Assembly (NCBI GenBank): GCA_964016885.1
Contig: OZ024740.1
Coordinates: 424,390,001 to 424,454,000, forward strand
Source: Eledone cirrhosa
Taxonomy: Eukaryota
DNA: 64,000 nt
Reading direction: 5' to 3'
In this document: positions 12,311 to 25,431 of the stretch, one piece after another
Numbering within the stretch: the first letter of the stretch is position 1
Layout: each line of letters begins with the position of its first letter
Notes under the pieces: model-generated
Database searches by the model: none
What the model saw: the letters and a program-made list of their open reading frames with translations, nothing else
What the model was told of the DNA's origin: nothing
Program-made: the position numbers and the translations under genes

Positions 12311-12508
12311 TTGGTAAACGGAATAGAAAATGCTGACAAATTGTTCACAGTTGAAAAATGGTTTAATTAGGAATAAAAGAGTATTAGTGATTGTATGGGT
12401 TAGTATTCAGTTGTGGTTTTAAGTTTTTAAGTTTTTACCGGTTGCGCATTTCTAAATGCTTTTCAAAAATAATTTTGAGATAGAGTGTCCGTGCTGTTTG
12501 CTCTGATC

Positions 12509-12558
<50 letters not shown>

Positions 12559-12594
12559 GATCAGAGCAAACAGCACGGACACTCTATCTCAAAA

Positions 12595-12600
<6 letters not shown>
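12311..12600 (-). mobile_element. (TA)n-anchored Penelope-like terminal fragment with variant hammerhead-like motif and fold-back; second copy at 26271-26460
   Basis: TTGGTAAACGGAATAGAAAATGCTGAC...GTTTGCTCTGATC is shared with 26271-26460. 44-bp inverted arms surround (AT)n. The Penelope assignment is inference. Confidence 0.55.
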
Positions 12601-12640
<40 letters not shown>

Positions 12641-12642
12641 GC

Positions 12643-12674
<32 letters not shown>

Positions 12675-12892
12675 TTCGTTTCTGAATTTGTTTAGCAAGA
12701 TTCTTTATCTGAAATTGTGTGTTGAAACCGATATTGTTATACTTTGGGAGGGTCATGTTGCCAATAAGAAACACACGCACCAGTTGCTTTCACTTCAATT
12801 TATTATAATAAATTTATAAATTTAGGAATCTATAAATTTATAAATTTCTGGTTGGTTGGTTGGTTCCACAACCAGATAGTTGTTTATATATT

Positions 12893-12935
12893 GTCAAAGT
12901 TCTTTCGTCACACATTCTGTGACCTCTTCAGTGAC
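12893..12935 (-). ncRNA. Degenerate hammerhead motif related to 8894-8948
   Basis: Minus strand: GTCA CTGAAGA G GTCACA gaatg TGTGAC GAAA GAAC TT TGAC. Confidence 0.55.
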
Positions 12936-13058
12936 TGGGGATTCTTTTCTTTGTTTTTGTGCCTCTCCTTTGTTCTGTCCTACGCCATTTTGTTGAAAAC
13001 AACAGACACACGCAGAGGCACACACACAGGCACACACACACAAACACATTCACACACA

Positions 13059-13115
<57 letters not shown>

Positions 13116-13398
13116 ATGTGGTTGACGCCTGAGAGAAAAGAGTACTCAATACTGAATTAGAGTTTAAATATTTTATTATGAGTAAACCTGTGATAAACGG
13201 GCGAAACTATAGAGTAGCAAGACTTACTATTTAGCCTTAATAAAATGAATATGTATATGTATATGTACACATAATATGTATCAAGAACAGTTTAACAAGG
13301 GTTTTAATTAAAGCATAATTAATTTACGACCGTTTCATTAGACTAACAAGAATATTCCATTCCTGTTTAAATAACTCCTCAGAATCAATTGGAAACAA

Positions 13399-14040
13399 AT
13401 AATTGTTTCTACTTTTGGCACAACCCCAGCAATTATCCCAGTGTATTACTGGTACTTTATTTTATCGACCCCGTAAGGATGAAAGGCAAAGTCAACCTCG
13501 GCGGGTTTTGAACTCAGATCGTTAAGGGACGTAACTATGCTGGAAAGCATGACGTCCGACCTTCTACCGATACTGCCAATTCACCATAAAGTCCCTCGAA
13601 TCCCATCCTAGCACCCGAAATAATGGTTTTCTGTTTTAAGCACAACACCAACAATTTTGGCGAAGGGATAAACGATTAAACCCAGCCCAGTACATTACTG
13701 GTACTTTATTTTATCGACCCCGTACGGATGAAAGGCAAAGTTAACCTCGGCGGGATTTGAACTCAGACCGTAAGGAATTGTAACTCTATGCTGCAAAGCA
13801 TTTTGTCCGGCGCTCTAGCGATACCGTCAATCCACCACCCTTTGAAATAATTGTTTCTACTTTTGGCACAAGGCCAGCAATTATCCCAGTGTATTACTGG
13901 TACTTTATTTTATCGACCCCGTAAGGATGAAAGGCAGAGTTAACCTCGGCGGGATTTGAACTCAGATCATAAAGGGCCGTAACTCTTTTGCTGTAAAGCA
14001 TGGTGTCCGACGCTCTAGCGATATCGTCAATCCACCACCT
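13399..14040 (-). mobile_element. Three SINE family A copies (13399-13585, 13620-13840, 13846-14040)
   Basis: Match to the family A consensus. Confidence 0.85.
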
Positions 14041-14385
14041 TTTAAAATAATGGAAGTAGAAATTAATTAATGCACTCGTTTATACTGTGTAAATACCACT
14101 AAAAAGTCACAGCTGGGATACCTTCGATAAGTGTGCTCGATTAGGGTTGAACCTAGGGCTAAACAATCACACACACACATCTAAACACTGACATACACAT
14201 CAAATGCTCCACATTAACAATCTGTGTTAAGCGGCTTTTATATCGACCACTGACCAGTAGCCAAACACTACATCCAAAAGACTGGCTAATCCTTTTGTTG
14301 TAGATACTAGCACAGACATGCTATCCTAAAGATAGCACGTTTGTTGATATTAAGATTTAAATATGGTAATTATCTAGCGCATGTT

Positions 14386-14432
<47 letters not shown>

Positions 14433-14448
14433 ATACACACACACATGC

Positions 14449-14488
<40 letters not shown>

Positions 14489-14710
14489 GCAAAAAGTAAA
14501 CAGAAATAACAGCAATCGACACAGTGAAATGAAGAATTATATTAGTTTAACGCTTGATATAGTAGGAGAAGAGTTTTTACGTTTTGGATACCAGTCCTTC
14601 ATCAGAAGATAGAATAAGAAACAAAAGATGAGATAAAAATATAGGGAGTGAGAAGAGGAAGCACAACAATTCTTTTGAGAAAACACACGTGTGTATTCAG
14701 TTAGTATTCG

Positions 14711-17700
14711 ACCTCTGACTCAGACAGTTTTATTGGTGGTCACTCCTCTCGGGACAGGTTTAACTTGACAGCTAGTTTTACTTCTGACTCAGGCAGTCTT
14801 ATTGGTGGTCACTCCTCTCAAGACAGACTAAACTTGACAGCTAGTTTTACTTCTGACACAGGCAGTCTTATTGGTGGTCACTCCTCTCAGGACAGGCTTA
14901 CCTTGACAGCTAGTTTTACTTCTGACTCAGACAGTTTTATTGGTGGTCACTCCTCTCAGGACAGGTTTAACTTGACAGCTAGTTTTACCTCTGACTCAGG
15001 CAGTCTTATTGGTGGTCACTCCTCTCAGGACAGGCTTACCTTGACAGCTAGTTTTACTTCTGACACAGGCAGTCTTATTGGTAGTCACTCCTTTCGGGAC
15101 AGGTTTAACTTGACAGCTAGTTTTACCTCTGACTCAGGCAGTCTTATTGGTGGTCACTCCTCTCAGGACAGGTTTAACTTGACAGCTAGTTTTACTTCTG
15201 ACTCAGACAGTCTTATTGGTGGTCACTCCTTTCGGGACAGGTTTAACTTGACAGCTAGTTTTACCTCTGACTCAGGCAGTCTTATTGGTGGTCACTCCTC
15301 TCAGGACAGGTTTAACTTGACAGCTAGTTTTACTTCTGACTCAGACAGTCTTATTGGTGGTCACTCCTTTCGGGACAGGTTTAACTTGACAGCTAGTTTT
15401 ACCTCTGACTCAGGCAGTCTTATTGGTGGTCACTCCTCTCAGGACAGGCTTACCTTGACAGCTAGTTTTACTTCTGACACAGGCAGTCTTATTGGTAGTC
15501 ACTCCTTTCGGGACAGGTTTAACTTGACAGCTAGTTTTACCTCTGACTCAGGCAGTCTTATTGGTGGTCACTCCTCTCAGGACAGGTTTAACTTGACAGC
15601 TAGTTTTACTTCTGACTCAGACAGTCTTATTGGTGGTCACTCCTTTCGGGACAGGTTTAACTTGACAGCTAGTTTTACCTCTGACTCAGGCAGTCTTATT
15701 GGTGGTCACTCCTCTCAGGACAGGTTTAACTTGACAGCTAGTTTTACTTCTGACTCAGACAGTCTTATTGGTGGTCACTCCTTTCGGGACAGGTTTAACT
15801 TGACAGCTAGTTTTACCTCTGACTCAGGCAGTCTTATTGGTGGTCACTCCTCTCAGGACAGGCTTACCTTGACAGCTAGTTTTACTTCTGACACAGGCAG
15901 TCTTATTGGTAGTCACTCCTTTCGGGACAGGTTTAACTTGACAGCTAGTTTTACCTCTGACTCAGGCAGTCTTATTGGTGGTCACTCCTCTCAGGACAGG
16001 TTTAACTTGACAGCTAGTTTTACTTCTGACTCAGACAGTCTTATTGGTGGTCACTCCTTTCGGGACAGGTTTAACTTGACAGCTAGTTTTACCTCTGACT
16101 CAGGCAGTCTTATTGGTGGTCACTCCTCTCAGGACAGGTTTAACTTGACAGCTAGTTTTACTTCTGACTCAGACAGTCTTATTGGTGGTCACTCCTTTCG
16201 GGACAGGTTTAACTTGACAGCTAGTTTTACCTCTGACTCAGGCAGTCTTATTGGTGGTCACTCCTCTCAGGACAGGCTTACCTTGACAGCTAGTTTTACT
16301 TCTGACACAGGCAGTCTTATTGGTAGTCACTCCTTTCGGGACAGGTTTAACTTGACAGCTAGTTTTACTTCTGACACAGGCAGTCTTATTGGTGGTCACT
16401 CCTCTCAGGACAGGTTTAACTTGACAGCTAGTTTTACCTCTGACTCAGGCAGTCTTATTGGTGGTCACTCCTCTCAGGACAGGTTTAACTTGACAGCTAG
16501 TTTTACTTCTGACTCAGACAGTCTTATTGGTGGTCACTCCTCTCAGGACAGGTTTAACTTGACAGCTAGTTTTACTTCTGACTCAGACAGTCTTATTGGT
16601 GGTCACTCCTCTCAGGACAGGTTTAACTTGACAGCTAGTTTTACTTCTGACTCAGACAGTCTTATTGGTGGTCACTCCTCTCAGGACAGGTTTAACTTGA
16701 CAGCTAGTTTTACTTCTGACACAGGCAGTCTTATTGGTGGTCACTCCTCTCAGGACAGGTTTAACTTGACAGCTAGTTTTACCTCTGACACAGGCAGTCT
16801 TATTGGTGGTCACTCCTCTCAGGACAGGCTTACCTTGACAGCTAGTTTTACTTCTGACACAGGCAGTCTTATTGGTGGTCACTCCTCTCAGGACAGGCTT
16901 ACCTTGACAGCTAGTTTTACTTCTGACTCAGACAGTCTTATTGGTGGTCACTCCTTTCGGGACAGGTTTAACTTGACAGCTAGTTTTACCTCTGACTCAG
17001 GCAGTCTTATTGGTGGTCACTCCTCTCAGGACAGGTTTAACTTGACAGCTAGTTTTACTTCTGACACAGGCAGTCTTATTGGTGGTCACTCCTCTCAGGA
17101 CAGGCTTACCTTGACAGCTAGTTTTACTTCTGACACAGACAGTCTTATTGGTGGTCACTCCTCTCAGGACAGGTTTAACTTGACAGCTAGTTTTACCTCT
17201 GACACAGGCAGTCTTATTGGTGGTCACTCCTCTCAGGACAGGTTTAACTTGACAGCTAGTTTTACTTCTGACACAGGCAGTCTTATTGGTTGTCACTCCT
17301 CTCGGGACAGGTTTAACTTGACAGCTAGTTTTACTTCTGACACAGGCAGTTTTATTGGTGGTCACTGCTCTCAGGACAGGTTTAACTTGACAGCTAGTTT
17401 TACTTCTGACTCGGGCAGTCTTATTGGTGGTCACTCCTCTCGGGACAGGTTTACCTTGACAGCTAGTTTTACCTCTGACTCAGACAGTCTTATTGGTGGT
17501 CACTCCTCTCAGGACAGGTTTAACTTGACAGCTAGTTTTACTTCTGACACAGGCAGTCTTATTGGTGGTCACTCCTCTCAGGACAGACTAAACTTGACAG
17601 CTAGTTTTACCTCTGACTCGGGCAGTCTTATTGGTGGTCACTCCTCTCGGGACAGGTTTAACTTGACAGCTAGTTTTACCTCTGACTCAGACAGTCTTAT

Positions 17701-17818
17701 TGGTGGTCACTCCTCTCAGGACAGGTTTAACTTGACAGCTAGTTTTACTTCTGACTCAGACAGTCTTATTGGTGGTCACTCCTCTCAGGACAGGTTTAAC
17801 TTGACAGCTAGTTTTACT
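14711..17818. repeat. 69-bp minisatellite, ~45 copies, with a 414-bp (6-mer) higher-order repeat
   Basis: Unit AC(T/C)TCTGAC(T/A)CAG(G/A)CAGTCTTATTGGTGGTCACTCCTCTCAGGACAGGTTTAACTTGACAGCTAGTTTT. Variant CAGGCTTACC recurs at 15031, 15445, 15859 and 16273. Confidence 0.95.
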
Positions 17819-18816
17819 CATTTCAGATATCGGAACGTTACTATTTCGGAGCAGGCACCGCAATCCCTAAATAGAACTGCCTACTTCAGCTAGACCACGA
17901 GGATCTGTCTAGTTTTAATGTCTTCTAAATCATTAGTGTACAGATTCCTCATTTCAGCATCTCTAGCTGCCATCTTTACCAGTTATCCATTGATTTCTTT
18001 CACTCCTGTTTAGGTGTCCGTATAGTCACAAACAGACATACACATCTTCGCAGCCATTACGTTCTTTACCCAGTAAAACATGAAATATGAGACAGCTGGA
18101 TGGAGACAAGGCAGCATCTATTTAGTGTATAGATGGAAGCAGGGCTTATTTGAAGGTGACTTTTATTCGCCTTGTCACAAAACATCGTCATAGGGTATGT
18201 ACAGCTTTTTAAAAACCCAACAGTGTTAAACGCTGGGTCACTGGTGTGTTGTTGTTCTGCGACTGCTTATTAGACATCAAGCTAACCCCTATATCTGTCC
18301 CTCTTTTTCAGTATCTTTTACCATATTCCACGTATTAGGCATTAGTCAACCCAAGGTTATAGGAAAACGCACTTTTCCAATGTGTTACTCTGTAGAAAGT
18401 TGCTCCTTAACCACACAGCGCCATTCCTGTGTGTCCTTGTAAAAATTAAAATTGCTGTAGTTTGTTTTAATTTATTAAGGATGAAAATATTATTTCAAAT
18501 ACAAACGAAATAAGCTCATATACTTAAAAAAGATTCATTTATATAAAAATAAAAATGTACTCTAGCTAACCGTATTCCGTTTCTGTTTGAACCCCCCCCC
18601 CCCCAAAAAAAAAATTTCTTTGAGGCTCCCCCTCCTCCCACGCAAAAAAACAACCTATTACCACTTTCTACAATTGTGTCCACAGGAAACCACTTCCGTT
18701 GCTATTCAAAAGTGATTAACATTTCCTTAAATAACAGATGATAGAAATATATGAAATACAGATGTATCAGTGAACAACGGCTCCTTCGTACCTTAGTATT
18801 GAGTAAAGATTACAAA

Positions 18817-18947
18817 TACTCTCGGGTTCCAAATAATAGGGGGTGGGGGTAAGTAGGTGGGGTGGAATATGCGAGGTGGGGATGGGGTTGAAATAAATGA
18901 AGGGGGGGTGGAATAAGCGGATGTTGGTGGTGAAAAATCGGTAATTT
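18817..18947. mobile_element. Partial inverted copy of the TIR element
   Basis: TACTCTCGGGTTCCAAATAATAGGGGG...GGGGTGGAATAAGCG is the reverse complement of the 3' part of 4408-5049. Confidence 0.6.
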
Positions 18948-19283
18948 CGTCCAGGTCTTTCGCGAACGCATCACGATACTCTGGCTGCTTGAGTCGTGCG
19001 ACGTCGAAAGCTGGCCTACAGACTTTCGGAGTGTTGCGATGCGTCGGGGTGATGTGCAGTGACAGGATGGTCCTGACAAGGCGATGGTCGGTCCAACATT
19101 CTGCACCACGCATGGCCCTGGTGATTCTAACATCACGGATATCCCTCCTGCGGTATATGACAAAGTCAATCAGATGTCACTGTTTGGATCTGGGGTGCAT
19201 CCATGTCGTCTTCAACTTGTTTGCCTGGCGGAACAGTGTGCTGTGATGGTGAGGTCGTCCTCGGCGCAGAAACTCAACAGTAT
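18948..19283 (-). mobile_element. RTE-clade (BovB/SR2-like) LINE fragment, endonuclease C-terminal half
   Basis: TLFRQANKLKTTWMHPRSKQ*HLIDFVIYRRRDIRDVRITRAMRGAECWTDHRLVR matches the RTE motif TWMHPRSKxWHLIDY...CWTDHRL, with a W-to-stop change and a frameshift upstream. Confidence 0.85.
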
Positions 19284-19284
19284 G

Positions 19285-19345
<61 letters not shown>

Positions 19346-19728
19346 CATAATCGGAGAAAGCTAATAGCGATACTCCGGCCAAATTCCAACTCACTCAACA
19401 AACATTAGGAAATACCTGAGTATATTCCTAATTAAACGTTCGGGGTTTTAACTAATTGTATTGTGTGGAAAATTGGCTATATCATTTCATATGAGATATA
19501 TCAAATATATCTCCTCCCAGATGGACGTCTCGTTTCACTACAAGATTTCTACAAGTTGGGTGAAATTATACCAATTTATGTAGAAGCTTGTATAAGATCA
19601 ACAGATACTTATTCAAGTGGGCTCTTATAATTATTCAGTGGGTGCCCAATAATATTAATATTGATAACCAAATCAACATCAATATTTAGCGATAATCACC
19701 ATCAGTGCTTGAGGGAGCTGCTAGGTTG

Positions 19729-20209
<481 letters not shown>

Positions 20210-20372
20210 GTTGTTGTAGGTTGCAAACCGTTGGCGGTATGCCGTTTGAGCACTCGATGCTCGCGCAGAGCAGAGTATATTATTATAGATAACTGCCTTG
20301 AGCTGATCGTCGGAGAAACATATGTAATATGTTAATAAATTGTGTATTGATGCATCACTGATTCCTCGTTAT

Positions 20373-20465
<93 letters not shown>

Positions 20466-20893
20466 AGGAAATGCACTGTAGTTTAGATGTTAAAGTCCTT
20501 TATTGATAAGGCCGTGATACATATTTCGATGGCGAGGGTGGCCACGTAATTCTGCGTAGTACCCAGTGCCATGATCTCATCAGACAGCTTCTTACCTAAT
20601 AAGGTTACAATCAGGAAGTAATCCAACATTGAAGTGACAAGGGAACGGACAAACACAATGTTCATGAAGCGAATGCCTGTTCCCCTGTACGCTTCGATTC
20701 ACGCCAACAGGTTTGCACATGTGTAGATGTGGGATATGTAGCTGACCACTATTGCTAACCACAGCAAACTATCCCATGGCGGTTTATCCTCCTTCCCTTG
20801 TTTAGGGGTCACAGGGTGCCAGTCAGCCGGCTTTGATTCCAATCTGGAAAATGCACGTTGAGTTCTCGAATTGAATTACATCAATGTTTACCG

Positions 20894-20986
<93 letters not shown>

Positions 20987-21028
20987 TGTATGTATGTATG
21001 TATGTATGTATGTATGTATTTATGTATG

Positions 21029-21140
21029 TAAAAGGTAAACAGAAATAACACAATCGGTACAGGAATATATTAGGTTAACGCTTGAAATAGCAGGGAGAGT
21101 GTCTTAACGTTTCGGACGCTAGTCTTTCATCAGAAGAAAG
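21029..21140 (-). mobile_element. Microsatellite-anchored element end carrying a minimal hammerhead motif (21102-21137); other copies at 14492-14610 and 25496-25586
   Basis: Shared GTAAACAGAAATAAC...CGCTTGA(A/T)ATAG. Minus strand TCTT CTGATGA AAGAC tagc GTCC GAAA CG TT AAGA. Confidence 0.6.
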
Positions 21141-21692
21141 AAAGAGAAATAAGATAGATTGAAGGGACGGGCGGGTTGGAATTGGAAAAGATGTCTTTAG
21201 ATAAAGATAACAGGTCCATTCATGTTGACATCCCTTTGAAAACTGTTGATGCTGGCGTTTTGTGTATGATTTATTTTTTTTAGAAAACTGGTTGATGGAG
21301 CGCGTCTACCTGAAATATATATAGATAAAGAGTCGGGGCCCGACAGCCTTTCTGTTATAGTCACACTTTACTATCCCAAGTAGAATAATAAGTGTTGAAT
21401 AATAGTTTACCAAGTTTAATACTGGTTTAATCCTAATTTAAAAAAATAGGTGAAGACAACGCAAAAACGGACGATACACAGCAGAGTCCCTTCTCATCAG
21501 TCAACTTCTGGAAGTCCTTGTGATTTCATTACATTAAGGTCGATATCACTAACTACACTGTACATAGGACTGTAAGAAATGGACACAAGACAAGACGATT
21601 GGTCTTCCGAGTATTTACAAATAGAGTAAAATAAAATAACATAAAATTTATTAGAAACCAATGTACTACAATTGAAAAGACAACACACACAC

Positions 21693-21830
21693 GCATGGCT
21701 TAGTGGTTAGAGCATTGGACTTGCAATCGAAAGGTTGCGAGTTCAATTCTCGCACCGGCTGATGTGTTGTTTCCTTGAGCAAGACACTTTATTTTACGTT
21801 GCTCCTTTTTCCTCAGCTGTAGAAATGAGA
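21693..21830 (+). mobile_element. tRNA-derived SINE family B (head plus CORE-like body)
   Basis: TGGCTTAGTGGTTAG (A box), GAGTTCAATTCTC (B box), then TGTGTTGTTTCCTTGAGCAAGACACTTTATTTTACGTTGCTCC. Confidence 0.8.
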
Positions 21831-22051
21831 TGATAGGACTGGGGTCCCTATCATTAAATCACCCAAGACACCTCCAACGAGATATTCCTTGGAGGAGGCC
21901 AGCCAAACCTGTATAGGCGTGAGCTGTCACACACACACACACACACATATATATATGCAGTAGGAATATATTATGCTCCAAGCTAAGCCACAATAACATC
22001 TTTGACATGTTTTTTTATTTAATCGTTGTATCATTTGAATCATTATTCCAT

Positions 22052-22220
22052 TAATTACCATTATCATAATATATGCTAGTAATTACCATTATCATAATAA
22101 GCTCTAGTAATTACCATTATCATAATGTATACCATTAATTACCATTATCAAAATTTATGCTAGGAATTACCATTATCATAATATATGCTAGTAAATACCA
22201 TTATCATAATATATACCATT
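22052..22220. repeat. ~28-bp minisatellite, ~6 copies
   Basis: Unit TAATTACCATTATCATAATATATGCTAG. Confidence 0.85.
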
Positions 22221-22574
22221 TACTTGATACTTCTTGATATAAAACAGTTTTAGTAAGTTTTACCTTTGATTTGCCTGATTACAGGTAATAACTTCCCTAA
22301 CAAAAACATTAGTTAATTTGAGAATGTAAGATATGACTGTCCATGACTAAATACTGGTTGTGCTAAATAAACCCCTATCTTATTAAATACTTGACCCTAT
22401 GTCATATATATTATTGATTAAACTAATCTAACTCGAAACTGAGTTCTCTGTAAGGTCCAGTCTTGTAGACGGCAGATAATTGTTCTCAAGTCCAGAAATA
22501 ACAATTGAAAGAAACAGATAGAAATTTTTGTTCAATAAAAAAGAAAAAATAGAATTCATTCTTCTCCTTCTCCA

Positions 22575-22920
22575 CCTTACTACAACTACAATCACAACCA
22601 GCTCCACCACCACCACAGCCAGCACCACCACCACCACCATCACTACCACCACCACCACCACCACCAGCAGCAGCACCACTCCCACCACCAGTACCAGCAC
22701 CAGCACCACTACCACAATCACCACCACCACCAGCACCATCACTACCACCACCACCACCACCACCACCACCACCACCAGCAGCACCACTCCCACTTCCATC
22801 ACCACCACCACTCCCACCACCGCCGCCACCGCCACCAGCAGCAATACCACCACCACCATCACCCCTACTCCCACCACCATAGCCAGCACCACCACCGCCA
22901 CTACAGCCAGAACCGCCATC
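22575..22920. repeat. (CAC/CAG)n compound trinucleotide repeat
   Basis: Directly visible; source of the poly-T, poly-G and poly-V ORFs. Confidence 0.9.
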
Positions 22921-23257
22921 TTCCTCAACCAATATCTCCCCTGGTAATGTCACATCTTAAGCAACAACAGCAGTCCTCAATATATCAAATGTGTCTCAAT
23001 GTTTGACCATTTGATTATGTCATTAAATAGGGTATCATCTGATTTTCTTCAGACTAACACCCCTCCCTCTCCCCCTCTCTATGTCACCCTCTCTCTCTTG
23101 TCCCTTCTTCAAACATCGTAACACACGTACAAGTATATTAATGTAATAAATGATACAACGCAAAAAACGATATCTTCCAGATGGTGTGTTTGCACACGCA
23201 TGTATATGTCTATATCTATCTATAACATCTAAATATATGATATATATATATATATAC

Positions 23258-23310
<53 letters not shown>

Positions 23311-23311
23311 C

Positions 23312-23461
<150 letters not shown>

Positions 23462-23486
23462 GTATATATATATATATCATATATTT

Positions 23487-23522
<36 letters not shown>

Positions 23523-23527
<5 letters not shown>

Positions 23528-23714
23528 AACAAGTATGACCCCGACGGCAGAGCTCAAGCCGTTTGGACGGCTATTTCTGGACGGAAATAGCCGTCGAAAC
23601 GGCTTGAGCTCTGCCGTCGGGGTCATACTTGTTCCTATTAGCCACTCTACTACCCTAAGTATTGAGTACTTTGGTGCGTTATGGTCCATCTAGTTCCTTA
23701 TCACAATTCCTTCG

Positions 23715-23717
<3 letters not shown>
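23523..23717. mobile_element. (TA)n-flanked short element with terminal fold-back; relatives at 25780-25862, 26120-26225 and 26745-26910
   Basis: Shared GGAATTGTG.TAAGGAAC..GATGGACCATA..CACCA.AGTACTC.ATACTTAGGGTAGTAGAGTGG and GACCCCGACGGCAGAGCTCAAGCCG. Confidence 0.65.
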
Positions 23718-23747
<30 letters not shown>

Positions 23748-23748
<1 letters not shown>

Positions 23749-23913
23749 GTAGGTCCCGGGTTGAGTCGGGGATAACCACAGTAAGTAAGGTACTCAATAC
23801 ATGGCAGAGTAAAATATATTTATTGTATAGAAGGAGCTTAATATGACACCCAGCTTCCTGAAGATTTCATCTGAATGAAACAGTACTAGTCCTGTAGAAG
23901 CTCCTTCTATACA

Positions 23914-23923
<10 letters not shown>
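23748..23923. mobile_element. (TA)n-flanked short element with inverted end; relative at 28341-28544
   Basis: Shared CCGGGTTGA.TCGG.G.TAACCACAGTAAGTAAGGTACTCAATACAT.GCAGAGTA and CTGA.GATTTC..GAATGAAACAGT.CTAGTCCTGTAGAA. Confidence 0.65.
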
Positions 23924-24003
<80 letters not shown>

Positions 24004-24301
24004 CTAGAAGGGGTGAATATTTAAATCGTATTTTAATTTATTTAGAAGATTGTTTAATGTTTACTTGTTCCGCTCATATATAGCAATCAGTTATAATTTA
24101 AAGATTTTGTTCTTGATAGATCTAGGATGATTAGAGTTAAAACTTTATATACATATATATATATATATATTTGAAAAAAAGGAAAAGAATGACTTCACTT
24201 GTAGTTCTAAATAATTTGATTTAATTTTATAATATTATAATATTATGAGTTGATAGATCTAGTAAGTTCTTTGTTAACTTCGGTGGGAAGAATTTTAAAG
24301 A

Positions 24302-24357
<56 letters not shown>

Positions 24358-24364
24358 TGCAACC

Positions 24365-24690
24365 ATAGCCCCAGCTTTGTTCTTCAGTGTTTGTAATTAT
24401 CTGGATATACCCTCGACTGGGTTCCTTAGGAACTCTGGTGGTATGTTGGTCAGTACAAGACGAATGCGTTTTGGTTTTGAGCTATAAACGTCTTACTTCG
24501 CTCACCCCCAACAGGAAAAAATCGCATGGCGTTAAGTCAGGGCTTATTGCTAGCCATTCAGGTGGACCTCGATAACCCAGCGAAAGTCCTGGAAACCACT
24601 TACAAACGTCACGTGTAAAATGAGGAGAGTCTCTGTCTTTCATGAATATGAGGTCATTGATATTCTCCCAAGTGGTCACACTAGGCTAAA
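24365..24690 (-). pseudogene. Tc1/mariner-superfamily transposase C-terminal remnant
   Basis: DRDSPHFTRDVCKWFPG...RGPPEWLAISPDLTPCDFFLLG corresponds to QDGAPPH...RGPxxWPxRSPDLTPCDFFLWG. It continues after a frameshift as NIPPEFLRNPVE. Confidence 0.85.
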
Positions 24691-24891
24691 AGCTATAAGT
24701 AATTCACTATAGGGAATTTCTTTTCATCCACCCTGCACATATATATATATCTGTGTGTGTGGGGGGGGGGGGGGCTTCTAGTCACCAGTATTACACACAC
24801 ATACATACACACATATATGTATGAACCTAATATGACGTATTTTTGCATCCCTGTGTCTCTTTGTTTTGTTTCATTTATATACACACACACG

Positions 24892-24985
<94 letters not shown>

Positions 24986-25075
24986 CAGAAGGGATATTCA
25001 ATTTGTTGGTAATTCAACAAATGTAAATGTTTATAACTGATTCAGAGCACTCGACAGTTTTCTGGAGTATAATAT

Positions 25076-25431
25076 TCAATGATATTAATAAATGGAAACT
25101 ATCTTTATAAAACCATATTTATTCTATTATATATATTTCAAGGGTACCAAAACTTTGGTACGCTATCATCAGATAAAATACGAAGTGTGTTTTCTAAATT
25201 TTGACATAACCAAGGAAAATATACCTTAACGGTTCAAGTTATCCTTGGATCCAAGGACTATCCAAGGATAACTTGAACCGTTAAGGTATATTTTCCTTGG
25301 TTATGTCAAAATTTATAAAACACACTTCGTATTTTATCTGATGATAGCGTACCAAAGTTTTGGTACCCTTGAAATATATATAATAGAATAAATATGGTTT
25401 TATAAAGATAGTTTCCATTTATTAATATCAT

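Noticed and set aside
14765-17893. 1042-aa ORF as a real CDS (e.g. ice-nucleation-like repeat protein)
   Set aside because: No ATG, no unique N-terminal domain, a 23-aa period unlike ice-nucleation repeats, and no synonymous bias. Kept only as a low-interest finding.
20290-20335. Partial hammerhead-like motifs here (GAAACATATGTA), at 13186-13210 and at 21456-21503
   Set aside because: One of the two core boxes or stem I is missing, so they cannot be distinguished from chance or advanced decay.
20483-20890. Possible LINE remnant on the minus strand (ELNVHFPDW; VRSLVTSMLDY)
   Set aside because: Motif resemblance is too weak to call without a profile search.
21693-21760. tRNA gene
   Set aside because: A and B boxes are present but no clean cloverleaf was found, and the sequence continues into a repeated SINE body.
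22428-22953. Thr-rich mucin-like and Gly-rich ORFs
   Set aside because: A trinucleotide repeat open in several frames, with no support for an exon.
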